A stretch of 64,000 nt of DNA from Escherichia phage Sa157lw. The DNA lies in sequence record OK322699.1; one strand, given 5' to 3'. The notes below the pieces were generated by a model. That model made no database searches and was not told the origin of the DNA. It worked only from the letters and a program-made list of their open reading frames with translations. The position numbers and the translations under genes are program-made. Below, piece after piece: positions 19,199 to 28,022 of this stretch. How positions within the stretch are numbered: the stretch's first letter is position 1; each line of letters begins with the position of its first letter.

Positions 19199-19411
19199 AT
19201 GAAAGTGGTAAACAAGAGATTGCTCGTCACCCAAGGCGGGGCGACGATAGTACGTGGACGGATATATGAACAAACCAAGCTGGGTGATCATAAGACTCGT
19301 CTGACGGTTAAAGCCCCCGACGGCGGTTGGCCAACAAAGGTGATTGTCCCAGACGGCCTCATAGAACGAGGGACGGCGACGTATAAGGGAGCAGAGTTCA
19401 AAATTTATTAA
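19199..19411 (+). CDS. hypothetical protein (70 aa)
   Basis: Intact ORF. Confidence 0.35.
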   Translation: MKVVNKRLLVTQGGATIVRGRIYEQTKLGDHKTRLTVKAPDGGWPTKVIVPDGLIERGTATYKGAEFKIY

Positions 19412-19506
19412 AATATTTATTGAATAAAGTTTACTTCTTCAATAACTGGCGTATACTTCTAATTGTAGTACGAACAAACAACAATCTGAAGAGAAGGAAA
19501 TACATC

Positions 19507-20064
19507 ATGGCAATCGAAATTATCGCTCAATCAAAATCAGGCAAGACTGTAATGTACGGCACTGAAGAAGGCCGCTGCATCATCAACTACGGCACTATCA
19601 CTGGCGAGTCTCCAGAGAAAGGTGGCCGCTATCTGGTTGAGTACGGTTCACGCCTGCTAATGGTAAGCAAAGTCGATGGTCGTGAAATCATGATTCCTCG
19701 TAAAGAATACTTTGACTCACGCTCTGCCGCGATGACTTTCTTCCTCTTCCAGAAACGCCACGAACTCTTCGTTGAAGCGAAAGACGCAGGTCTGGACGAC
19801 GCGACGGCTGAGCTGATTGCCGAAGGTAAAATGACTCTCGAAGCTGCTCTGGGAGACATGGATTGCGAAGCCGAAGCACATTATATTGAATATTCCGCAT
19901 ATCAGAACGAATGTGAAGATGATCCGGAAGACGACGGATTCGACCCTGACCTCCACGGCGGTGAAGACGATAACACCCCTTCCTTAGAAGTTCTGATGGC
20001 TGGCGGCCAGGCCGCGTGGGAATGGCAGAACGAGAAGAACGCCTGGCTGGATTCCCGTATCTAA
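19507..20064 (+). CDS. hypothetical protein with acidic C-terminus
   Basis: Start at MAIEII with GAAGGAAA RBS; Asp/Glu-rich tail. Confidence 0.45.
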   Translation: MAIEIIAQSKSGKTVMYGTEEGRCIINYGTITGESPEKGGRYLVEYGSRLLMVSKVDGREIMIPRKEYFDSRSAAMTFFLFQKRHELFVEAKDAGLDDATAELIAEGKMTLEAALGDMDCEAEAHYIEYSAYQNECEDDPEDDGFDPDLHGGEDDNTPSLEVLMAGGQAAWEWQNEKNAWLDSRI

Positions 20065-20112
20065 TTGACTGAAGCCCCTTCGGGGGCTTACTTTGAACTG
20101 AAGGACTATATC

Positions 20113-20265
20113 ATGATTTTAATCTTATGGTTTGTATTCACATTTCTGGCCATGGCCGACATCGGCAAGTATCACGTTCTCCCAAGCGACCTGACCGTCC
20201 TGCTATACGGCATAGTTTCGTTTGTGCTGGGTTCCTTGCGCGCCCATATGAGGACTATATCATGA
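20113..20265 (+). CDS. small membrane protein (50 aa)
   Basis: GAAGGA RBS; ILILWFVFTFLAM hydrophobic core; same RBS-spacer motif (ggactatatcATG) as next gene. Confidence 0.3.
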   Translation: MILILWFVFTFLAMADIGKYHVLPSDLTVLLYGIVSFVLGSLRAHMRTIS

Positions 20266-20804
20266 GCACCCCAAAAACTCCTGTCCGTATCGCTGTTGAG
20301 CCTCTGCTGGTTGATGCTGAGAATGCTGCTGAGCAGTACGCGAACAAAATCATCAAGAACATAATGGACGATCTAGCATCCAACGGCTGGGACGTTGAGA
20401 AGTGCGCTCCGTGGCCATCTTCGGTTGGCGTCAAGTTTGGTGATCCAGATTACCAACGAATGAAATCAAAACACGCACTCTACCGTTCTTTGACCCAGGC
20501 AGTGAATCCTTCTTACACACCTGGGAAGCCGGATATTGTCAAAGCTGATCCTGAGCGCCATGCTCTGTTTGTCAAGGAAGCACGTCGAAACGCTGCGATG
20601 CAATATGAGTCTTTCATTTGTAAACTGGAAAACAAAATTGGTGGTCATAGCGCGGCTGTACTGAACGGTTCCCATGTATGGGGTTATTCAATCCTGACCG
20701 TGACTACACCAGAGGGGATCGAGCGCTGGAAGACTCAGACGATTATCAATATGTCCAAGTTGGGCAAACTTTTTAACCAATATCCAACGAGGAAGGTGAA
20801 ATGA
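20262..20804 (+). CDS. hypothetical protein (180 aa)
   Basis: Start at MSTPKTP with GAGGA RBS. Confidence 0.5.
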   Translation: MSTPKTPVRIAVEPLLVDAENAAEQYANKIIKNIMDDLASNGWDVEKCAPWPSSVGVKFGDPDYQRMKSKHALYRSLTQAVNPSYTPGKPDIVKADPERHALFVKEARRNAAMQYESFICKLENKIGGHSAAVLNGSHVWGYSILTVTTPEGIERWKTQTIINMSKLGKLFNQYPTRKVK

Positions 20805-21175
20805 TGAAAAACTTCGCACAAGAATTACAGACTACGATTGATCAGGCTCAGATTTGGGAAGCCATGGGGATAGTTGAAAAAGCCGTCGATATCTTTGTTT
20901 GCAAAATGAAGAAGCAACTCGTTTCCCAAGCAAAACGCGGAGTTGAAATTGATGACATGGTGTACGCTGTTGGTGGCCATAGGTTTGACGAAATATTAAC
21001 AGCATTCCAACAGGCACATAAGTCTCAAAAATACCCAACAGACAGGCAAGTCGAAAAGTTCAAAACATTGTTGGTGGCGAGTCTTCTGAAGGAAGGTTTG
21101 AAGTTCGAATTACACAAGGATGAAAGGACAGATGTCGTAACAATGAGATTCACAGTATACACAAACGATATCTAA
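20801..21175 (+). CDS. hypothetical protein (124 aa)
   Basis: Start overlaps upstream stop. Confidence 0.45.
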   Translation: MMKNFAQELQTTIDQAQIWEAMGIVEKAVDIFVCKMKKQLVSQAKRGVEIDDMVYAVGGHRFDEILTAFQQAHKSQKYPTDRQVEKFKTLLVASLLKEGLKFELHKDERTDVVTMRFTVYTNDI

Positions 21176-21201
21176 AATAAAGGGGCTTAATGCCCCTTTG
21201 T

Positions 21202-21660
21202 TTATTTCCCATCCCAAAAGTCGTCTTCATCGTCTACTTCATCAAACGCAGAATCCAATTCTTCGTCAGAGTACTCTGGAAGGCGACCATTCTGTTTCAG
21301 ATATTCAATCTCGTCATCTTCCAATTGAAGATCCGTTGCTATAAACAGTGCTCCGGTCTCTTCATCATGTTCAATGCTATAAGACGTATATTCAGAACCC
21401 TGAACTGTAATGATGATAGATGTCGGATCTTCTGGATCCACGTGAGCTTCAAACGGGATACCGTCAATTGGGGCGTCTTCTAAGAACGTTGCAAGGGCTA
21501 CGGCAGCGCGGACAACATCCGTGCCCTGTACCGATGCATAAATTTCTTCTGCACCCGTTTCCCCGCGCTCAAAGAATTCAATCGTAGTTCCGTCTTGAAC
21601 ACCAGTCCAGATAGGCATATCTGCTGGGGAATCAGATTCAAATAATTTCGAAATTGGCAT
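21202..21660 (-). CDS. highly acidic protein (152 aa)
   Basis: Very high Asp/Glu content throughout (e.g. DSAFDEVDDEDDFWDGK). Confidence 0.5.
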   Translation of the reverse strand: MPISKLFESDSPADMPIWTGVQDGTTIEFFERGETGAEEIYASVQGTDVVRAAVALATFLEDAPIDGIPFEAHVDPEDPTSIIITVQGSEYTSYSIEHDEETGALFIATDLQLEDDEIEYLKQNGRLPEYSDEELDSAFDEVDDEDDFWDGK

Positions 21661-21695
21661 GGCAATGTCCTCTTGAATAAAACGCTTTGGACTAT

Positions 21696-22144
21696 TTAGG
21701 CTTCTCTGGTCGCCAACCCTGGCTTAAACACCACCATTTCCTCAACGTTATTGGCACTCATAGAGGCTATAGAATCGAACCCTTTGTTGACAAGTTCTTT
21801 CACATTATCATGTATCTTACCAGGCTTTATCCCCAACTCTCGCATTTTATTTTCCCACACCGAAACATTGTTGGAATCTATTACAAGAGTCTTCTTGGCC
21901 TTGACACGAAATGCCATGACAATAGGTTCACCAGATTGACGATAGCGCACGGCATTTTCTGCGTAGATCTGTGCCTTTCCGGATCCCCTGTCAGGTAAAA
22001 CCCAGCACCCATCGTACCAGAGTCAGTCTGGCCAAATTTTTCAAAATCAAATATATCGAATTCAACATTAGACCCATGATACAAAACGATATTCGTAAAA
22101 TCAGGTAGCGTTGATTCGCGATAAAATTCTAGAAAGGTTTTCAT
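21696..22144 (-). pseudogene. gene split by a frameshift at a C4/G4 homopolymer (N-part 21881-22144, C-part 21696-21950)
   Basis: Two overlapping same-strand ORFs in different frames; joining at the run at 21985-21988 gives one continuous ~139-aa protein (...GAGFYLTG|GSGKAQIYAENAV...). Confidence 0.45.
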
Positions 22145-22183
22145 AGATACCCCACACTGGTCGTATGGGGTATTTAGGATGGA

Positions 22184-23611
22184 TTAGCTGGGGACAAACT
22201 CATTCACAGGGACATGTTCGGGGATTGATAATTCAGGACAAGCAGCTTTCATCGCTTCCAGATATGGCTTGCTCCCCACGATCCAAAACAATGAGTTCTC
22301 ATTAAGCAATTCTGGTTTGTGTTCCTGTATCCATGTCATGACCTTACCTTCATAACGAGGATGCAACTCAATATCCCCCCACTGGTAATCCATGAGGTCG
22401 TTGTAACGAACCCAATTAGTGGTATGAAGATCCCAATGGTGTACCTCAAAGCGAGGAAGCACGATATCCGGCTCGTTCTTTGGCCTGATACCACTTAGGA
22501 GGCCAGCCAACGAAACGCTCTTAGAGGCATGCGGAAGATCCTTCTTACCATACACATAGTCTGGGTTGTCGTGATAGCGACGAGTGAAATCAGTTATGTG
22601 AGGGAGGTTTGCTTGCTTACCGATAATGCGCAAACGACTTTCAATGAAATCTAATCGGTTAGGTCCAATCCCGATCAGATAGACATTCTTCAGATTTGGT
22701 TTCGGATGCATCGCCAAACCTGTCAGGATACTGGTGCACGAATTACAAGAACCAGCAGGAATGATCAGATCAGTGATATGGTCTGGGATATTGGCAACCT
22801 GCTCACCACCCAGCATATGGAATCCAGCAATGCGTTCTGGTGAATGAACGGTATGATCCAATGTAATGCCATATTCCAGATAATACGCCTTTGGATTTAA
22901 TTGTTCAATGAGTTTCTTACAGCGCGGCTGAATGGTGCTATTGTAACCAGATCCAACAAAGTTAAATTCACTACCAAACCATGCTGACATTGAAACCATA
23001 TCATGGTTCATGCATGTGGTTGGTTTAGTGGCACCCAGCACAGTGGTTGTCTTGCCGCCGAAATGCCGTGAGACTGCCGTCGCCATAGGGGACTGCGGAC
23101 TACCAACGACAGTACCATGGATAAGATCTGGGGATCCTCCCGCTTTAAGATGCTCCATCATGAGCCAGATGGCCTGACGGAGTTTGCTGCCATTGATCCC
23201 CTGCTTGCCGTTCTCATAGTGGGACAGGGGCGCAAAGTAATCTTCACGCTTGAACCAAACCTTCTGATCGGTTTCTGGATTGGCGACGAGTTCACACGGG
23301 GTGTGCTTGTAGAGGTAGTCTTCCCAGTGCACCAGATTGCGGTCGAGGGAGAGAGTGGTGAATATAGACTTGCTGTGGTGCTGGGAGATTACACCATTTG
23401 GTAATGGCTGCACAGAACAGAGTTCTTCACAAATTTTCTTTGTGTCGATCGCCTGAGGTATGCCAGCGGCTGACATCTCTTCTTTCAAGGCGGCGGCAGT
23501 CCATTCTTCTAAAGTATCGCGATCGATACCGTCGGGAAAGATAAAGGGGCTGGCGGTTTCTTCGACTGCCTGTTTGGTGTGATCTATAAGTTTCTGAAGT
23601 TTGTCGTTCAT
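22184..23611 (-). CDS. enzyme-sized protein (475 aa), weakly PLP-dependent-enzyme-like
   Basis: GINGSKLRQ and Gly/Ser-rich loops loosely resemble fold-type II PLP enzymes; not a confident assignment. Confidence 0.4.
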   Translation of the reverse strand: MNDKLQKLIDHTKQAVEETASPFIFPDGIDRDTLEEWTAAALKEEMSAAGIPQAIDTKKICEELCSVQPLPNGVISQHHSKSIFTTLSLDRNLVHWEDYLYKHTPCELVANPETDQKVWFKREDYFAPLSHYENGKQGINGSKLRQAIWLMMEHLKAGGSPDLIHGTVVGSPQSPMATAVSRHFGGKTTTVLGATKPTTCMNHDMVSMSAWFGSEFNFVGSGYNSTIQPRCKKLIEQLNPKAYYLEYGITLDHTVHSPERIAGFHMLGGEQVANIPDHITDLIIPAGSCNSCTSILTGLAMHPKPNLKNVYLIGIGPNRLDFIESRLRIIGKQANLPHITDFTRRYHDNPDYVYGKKDLPHASKSVSLAGLLSGIRPKNEPDIVLPRFEVHHWDLHTTNWVRYNDLMDYQWGDIELHPRYEGKVMTWIQEHKPELLNENSLFWIVGSKPYLEAMKAACPELSIPEHVPVNEFVPS

Positions 23612-23680
23612 TCTATTTCTCCTGTAGGCATTGGCTTATCATAGCGTATCTACAGGAGTATAGAAAAGGAGAATCTCGGC

Positions 23681-24382
23681 TTACTTCTTGAACAGACGAA
23701 GGAACTTCATCATGTTATCCATGAAAGTCGGCTTCTTGACCTTTTGTTTTACCGGAGCGCCCTGATCATTCAGAACACGACTGGCCGGAGGAGTAGGCGG
23801 TGTCGGGATTGAACTGTCATGTTTAACAACCGGAGCACCACTGGCCAGAGGAGTTGGCTTCAAAGATTTAATTGCCTGATCCAAATAGGAATTGTCCACG
23901 ACACTCACGTCTTCACCGACCGTAACGCATGGTTTGATTAGAACGGATTTCTTAGATTGCTCATATTGATGAGCAATATCCATATATTTCTTGCGCTCTG
24001 CGTAGAAATCAACATTCTTTACTTTACGGCGGCGAGCAGTAGAACTCTCTTCACCATAGAAATCATAACCATTTTTGAATAACCAATTCACGGCTTGCTC
24101 AAATGTATTGAACACCATATACAGACCGCGTCGACCATTTACCATGTCGTCTTCGCTGGAATAACCAATGAATACCGCTTGCCCTTTCTTGTTGATATCA
24201 AAAGGAGTACACACACCAGTTTCTTCAAGTGATCGCGGAGAAAGATGCCCGTCCCGATAGATATATGCCGGATACAAGAACTCATTCAGAGTACGTTTGT
24301 TCCCTTTGTATGTGTACAGGCGAGCAAATGGAGGCAGGTCACAAACGATATCGTTGTAATCCCAAATCGTAACATTACGCAT
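23681..24382 (-). CDS. hypothetical protein (233 aa)
   Basis: Intact ORF. Confidence 0.45.
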   Translation of the reverse strand: MRNVTIWDYNDIVCDLPPFARLYTYKGNKRTLNEFLYPAYIYRDGHLSPRSLEETGVCTPFDINKKGQAVFIGYSSEDDMVNGRRGLYMVFNTFEQAVNWLFKNGYDFYGEESSTARRRKVKNVDFYAERKKYMDIAHQYEQSKKSVLIKPCVTVGEDVSVVDNSYLDQAIKSLKPTPLASGAPVVKHDSSIPTPPTPPASRVLNDQGAPVKQKVKKPTFMDNMMKFLRLFKK

Positions 24383-24453
24383 GTTGTTTCCTCAAATCAA
24401 TGAAGGGGTTTATAAACGGTTAAATTTTAAACCCCTCTTCCTCATTGAACAAA

Positions 24454-24972
24454 TCAAATACTAGTCATATAGAGTGGGACAACCTGCTCAGCGATAAACA
24501 CGACCTCGGTAATGGTAAAATCACCACCATAAGAGTACAGTTTCATTTGCGCCCCGTTGGTCGCCAGGTTCCCATCCTTGTCAACACTGAAGAACGTAAT
24601 GAAAGACAAAGTGTCCGGCGGCGGTACGCTAGCATCACGACTTCTTGATAACTGGTTCCCCACAGAACCCACAAAATCTAATATCATGGTTCTATTAGAA
24701 GTAGACCCAGACCATGATCCGACAATATTAACCTTCACAGGAAGAATAGAATCATAGGGAAACGCATGAAATTTGTGATCTGATAATTTAAAGAACGGAG
24801 CCAAACCAGTAGGAGAAGAAGGGTTTGGTGTCTTCCCATCCAACTCAGTTAACAAATCTATTCCAGTTGCCCCAGAAGTTAGCAGTTGTGACAATCCAGA
24901 AAATCTGACTTCTGTTTTAATGCGGTGGGTCTGAAGCATATTCCCCAAATAGGGAGATGTCAAAATAGCCAT
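24454..24972 (-). CDS. hypothetical protein (172 aa)
   Basis: Intact ORF. Confidence 0.45.
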   Translation of the reverse strand: MAILTSPYLGNMLQTHRIKTEVRFSGLSQLLTSGATGIDLLTELDGKTPNPSSPTGLAPFFKLSDHKFHAFPYDSILPVKVNIVGSWSGSTSNRTMILDFVGSVGNQLSRSRDASVPPPDTLSFITFFSVDKDGNLATNGAQMKLYSYGGDFTITEVVFIAEQVVPLYMTSI

Positions 24973-24981
24973 ATCTCCCCC

Positions 24982-25215
24982 TTAAGAAACGATAACCGTC
25001 GCATCAGAATTAATTGCCTTAACCCATCCCACCGTCGGCGGGGTTAAAACGACCATATTTCCTTGATATATGATATGCGCGTTGTTACCCGTTGGAGCGC
25101 TGGGGCTATCACACAGATACACAGAACCGTGAGTCACTTGAAGAGTTTTCAAAGATGTGCCGTCTGAGACTTGCGTCCATGTACTTGCGTTTGGTGTGAT
25201 CTTAGCAGTTGCCAT
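24982..25215 (-). CDS. hypothetical protein (77 aa)
   Basis: Intact ORF just downstream of the tRNA-cluster terminator. Confidence 0.4.
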   Translation of the reverse strand: MATAKITPNASTWTQVSDGTSLKTLQVTHGSVYLCDSPSAPTGNNAHIIYQGNMVVLTPPTVGWVKAINSDATVIVS

Positions 25216-25250
25216 AATAGACCTCCTTTACAAGTCAGATCTATTTATTA

Positions 25251-25285
25251 CAGACAAAAAGAAGCCCGATCGTCCTGATCGGGCT
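25251..25285 (-). terminator. intrinsic terminator at the 3' end of the tRNA cluster
   Basis: Perfect 9-bp stem agcccgatc/gatcgggct with 5-nt loop; minus strand continues tctttttgtc. Confidence 0.55.
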
Positions 25286-25508
25286 ATGTTAAACCATCGT
25301 GGGGATGGAAAGACTACTCACAGCAATTTCTGATAATGGGCGTTGGGAGAGTGCGTCGGGAATCGAACCCGAAATCGTCAGGACGCTGAAAGCTATTTGC
25401 ATTTCACTTGCATATCCTGCGACTTTCTTAACTTCCTTAACCCCAGATTGTTATGAAGTCAGCATGCACACCTTCTTCATCTTCAGGAAGTCACACTCAT
25501 TATTCTGA

Positions 25509-25594
25509 TTGCTTCAACTGGATTCGAACCAGTGACCTCAGGCACCTTGTTCTCTCGAAACTTTCCTGCGCTCTACCACTCGAGCTATGAAGCA
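25509..25594 (-). tRNA. tRNA-like element (canonical acceptor, D-arm and T-arm; anticodon arm does not fold canonically)
   Basis: Acceptor tgcttca/tgaagca, D-arm gctc-gagtggta-gagc and T-arm actgg-ttcgaat-ccagt are textbook, but the 36 nt between cannot be folded by eye. Confidence 0.4.
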
Positions 25595-25597
25595 ATT

Positions 25598-25686
25598 TGG
25601 CGGAAGGTGAAGGATTCGAACCTTCGGGGGCTAAAAGCCCCACTCGATTAGCAGTCGAGTCCCTTAAACCTCTCGGGCAACCTTCC
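25598..25686 (-). tRNA. tRNA-Ser (GCU), type II with long variable arm, CCA encoded
   Basis: Hand fold: acceptor ggaaggt/accttcc, 3-bp D-stem, anticodon arm ctcga-cuGCUaa-tcgag, variable hairpin gggc-tttt-agccc, T-arm gaagg-ttcgaat-ccttc. Confidence 0.8.
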
Positions 25687-25690
25687 AATT

Positions 25691-25774
25691 TGGAGCGGGA
25701 GAACAGGATTCGAACCTGTCCAGTGATCGTCGCCGATGATCAGTCGGCTACTGGCCAACCCCTATGGCTCCCGC
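25691..25774 (-). tRNA. tRNA-like element with GAU anticodon-like loop (possible Ile), non-canonical D region, CCA encoded
   Basis: Perfect acceptor gcgggag/ctcccgc, T-arm acagg-ttcgaat-cctgt, hairpin gccga-cuGAUca-tcggc; extra nucleotide before the 3' acceptor strand and no clean D-arm. Confidence 0.4.
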
Positions 25775-26249
25775 GAAATTTGGACGGGCTTCACACCCGA
25801 TTGAGCATTTGATCTGCCGTAGCCCAACTCCCCGCGCTTCACAGCGCCGATTGGTTAACTGGCGACCAGTGCCTTCTGGTTCGATCTCCTGGAACTTTAC
25901 AGGCTTCGCGCCCGACCATTTCTGGAAGTTGGGGCATCGTTTCCGATGTGGAGTCACCCCATTTTATACACAGCTGGCTGCAACGCTTACTGTGTTTGGT
26001 CTACCGCTACGTGCTGGGCCACGCTCGAGGACATCGGCCATCCTTCCTCAGCTAATCCACGCAGCGGCAGATTTGTATCAGAGTGTCCGGTGTAGCTTTC
26101 CGTGAGGTGCGCACTACTGTAGCCTCTACACTCTGAAATTGTTTGAAGTAGGTCTCACTCCCCTGGGTATCTGTATCCTGCAGCCTTACATTGGCAGCTA
26201 TCGCGCGATTCGCACTTCCGAAGGCGCTTCGAGATACTCTACTTCAATT

Positions 26250-26325
26250 TGGCGACGATGGCAGGACTTGAACCTGCGACATACGATTTAACAGACCGCC
26301 GTTCTACCGACTGAACTACATCGTC
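26250..26325 (-). tRNA. tRNA-Asn (GUU), CCA encoded
   Basis: Hand fold: acceptor gacgatg/catcgtc, D-arm gttc-agtcggta-gaac, anticodon arm gcggt-cuGUUaa-atcgt, T-arm gcagg-ttcaagt-cctgc. Confidence 0.85.
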
Positions 26326-26326
26326 A

Positions 26327-26527
26327 TTATCCGTGCTTGTTTGCTTCAATTGCCCTTAATTGGGCATCAGCGTCAGCTTTGGTGTCATGTGTCCCAAGAA
26401 CCTTCGTCTTGGTGTGGTCAAGGACAACCCACTTGTCGCCTCGCTTTTCAACAAACTCAACAATCTCTTTGTTGTCAGTAGAGAGGCCATCCCACTCAGC
26501 AAGAAACTCACCGAACGTTTTCATCAT
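26327..26527 (-). CDS. small hypothetical protein (67 aa) between tRNA genes
   Basis: ORF fits exactly between tRNA-Asn and tRNA-Met. Confidence 0.3.
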   Translation of the reverse strand: MMKTFGEFLAEWDGLSTDNKEIVEFVEKRGDKWVVLDHTKTKVLGTHDTKADADAQLRAIEANKHG

Positions 26528-26644
26528 ACTCACCAATCGTTTATTGAACAACTGGTTTATTTAGGTGCTCCCGAGGCGGTATTTTAATCCCGCGATCCCA
26601 TCTCGCCTGTCGTAGACCGGAGCATGCTGACAGTCCAACATATT

Positions 26645-26720
26645 TGGTGACCCTGGCTGGACTTGAACCAGCGACCAATCGATTATGAGTCGACTGCTCT
26701 AACCACTGAGCTACGGGGCC
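26645..26720 (-). tRNA. tRNA-Met (CAU; elongator-type or lysidine Ile2), CCA encoded
   Basis: Hand fold: acceptor ggccccg/cagggtc (one C-A mismatch), D-arm gctc-agtggtta-gagc, anticodon arm gtcga-cuCAUaa-tcgat, T-arm gctgg-ttcaagt-ccagc. Confidence 0.75.
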
Positions 26721-26828
26721 AAAATTGGCGGGGTCTGAGGCTTTTCACCTCACCTGCTGGATTGGCCTCCAGCTGTTCTCTCTGGGGACTCGCTGTCCGG
26801 ACAGCTATCCCTTAAACTATCGCCCCTT

Positions 26829-26943
26829 AATTCATATTGCTGTGGGTAATACCAAAGCGGAGGTTTGGAATCTCTCGCCCTATAGCGACCTTTAAACCGT
26901 TTGATCAGTCCGATCCAAAGGACTACCCACAGCAATATGAATT
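26829..26943. repeat. perfect 20-bp inverted repeat (26829-26848 / 26924-26943) around a 75-nt spacer
   Basis: aattcatattgctgtgggta is the exact reverse complement of tacccacagcaatatgaatt. Confidence 0.9.
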
Positions 26944-27150
26944 TGTTGTGTCCAATCAAGGACTGTCAACCTTTTATCCCGTTTGTGCATGATCAGTTCA
27001 TGCAGGCCTCTTTGTGCGCCTCACAGCAACGCGCTTCTGTAGGTCATTGACTTGCACCGTAGTCTCACCACAGGCGTTTATTTTTCCAGGGCTTTCCACT
27101 TACAAGTCTTAACCAGATCGGGATACGGGCTTGTAAGATCAGATTGGACA

Positions 27151-27228
27151 CAACTTTGATGGCTCTAGGACTAAAGATCCCGCGTCACCCATAGACTTGG
27201 TTTATAAAATCTAGAGCCATCAAAGTTG
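27151..27228. repeat. perfect 18-bp inverted repeat (27151-27168 / 27211-27228) around a 42-nt spacer
   Basis: caactttgatggctctag vs ctagagccatcaaagttg. Confidence 0.9.
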
Positions 27229-27608
27229 CAACCAATGTCGCAACTCGCACTTCAGCGTCTTCGTCTCGCTTCAGCACTTGTCCTCTACGCTCGGACCAAA
27301 CGAGGCTGGCCGACAGAAACATGACACCACTCATCACTAGAGCGAGGATGTGGTTGATAGCCACGATGTTACATCTCTGTCGCAGAGTGATCACACTTGT
27401 CAGGATGATCACTGTTTTGCGAACTTGAAAATACTGCGCCTGTCTCGGGTTTCCCCTTAGTTCGGCCTCTCATTGTTCGTCTAGTCAGGGAGCTACCCTT
27501 GATGACCAGCTTATTTTGAGATCTTCGCCAGCACCCACTAGTGTCTAGAATATGTAGGTGTCGAGGTCTGCAAGGCATTGCCCTATTTCATACAACGCTC
27601 TCTCAAGT

Positions 27609-27744
27609 ACGCAAATCGAAGTTCTCTGGGCTTAACAGGTTCGACCCAACATGTTGTATATCGCCTAACTTGCTCATGGGACGGACACATCTGTGTACAG
27701 ACCTTGAGGGTTAAAAGATATACCCAAAGAACTTCGATTTGCGT
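27609..27744. repeat. perfect 17-bp inverted repeat (27609-27625 / 27728-27744) around a 102-nt spacer
   Basis: acgcaaatcgaagttct vs agaacttcgatttgcgt. Confidence 0.85.
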
Positions 27745-27889
27745 TGTGGGGGCAAACCCCCACACGGCTACTTCTTTGACAGGGATTGCTAGCCCTGGGG
27801 ATTCCACTGTTTAAGGCTTTATCCCATAACGCCTGAGGCGCGTTTTAACTTATTGAGCTTGCATAACTGCAAACTGATGCGCTGTGAGA

Positions 27890-28022
27890 CACATCTTTGA
27901 GGGCACTCAGTGTACAACAGGCTCCGATATTTCATAGGGCATTACTGCCTCGGATTTAAGTTGCCTTTCTCCTGAAACTCCATGCAGTCTCGCGTCTGAC
28001 GCGGAATGCCCTCAAAGATGTG
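27890..28022. repeat. perfect 16-bp inverted repeat (27890-27905 / 28007-28022) around a 101-nt spacer
   Basis: cacatctttgagggca vs tgccctcaaagatgtg; right arm ends at the tgg of the adjacent tRNA-like 3' module. Confidence 0.85.

Noticed and set aside
25336-25420. T-arm-like motif tcggg-aatcgaa-cccga suggesting another minus-strand tRNA
   Set aside because: No complementary 5' acceptor strand or foldable anticodon arm within a tRNA-sized span; at most a tRNA remnant.
25870-25895. Plus-orientation T-loop-like sequence ctggttcgatctcctgg
   Set aside because: Flanking bases do not form a T-stem and no acceptor pairing exists.
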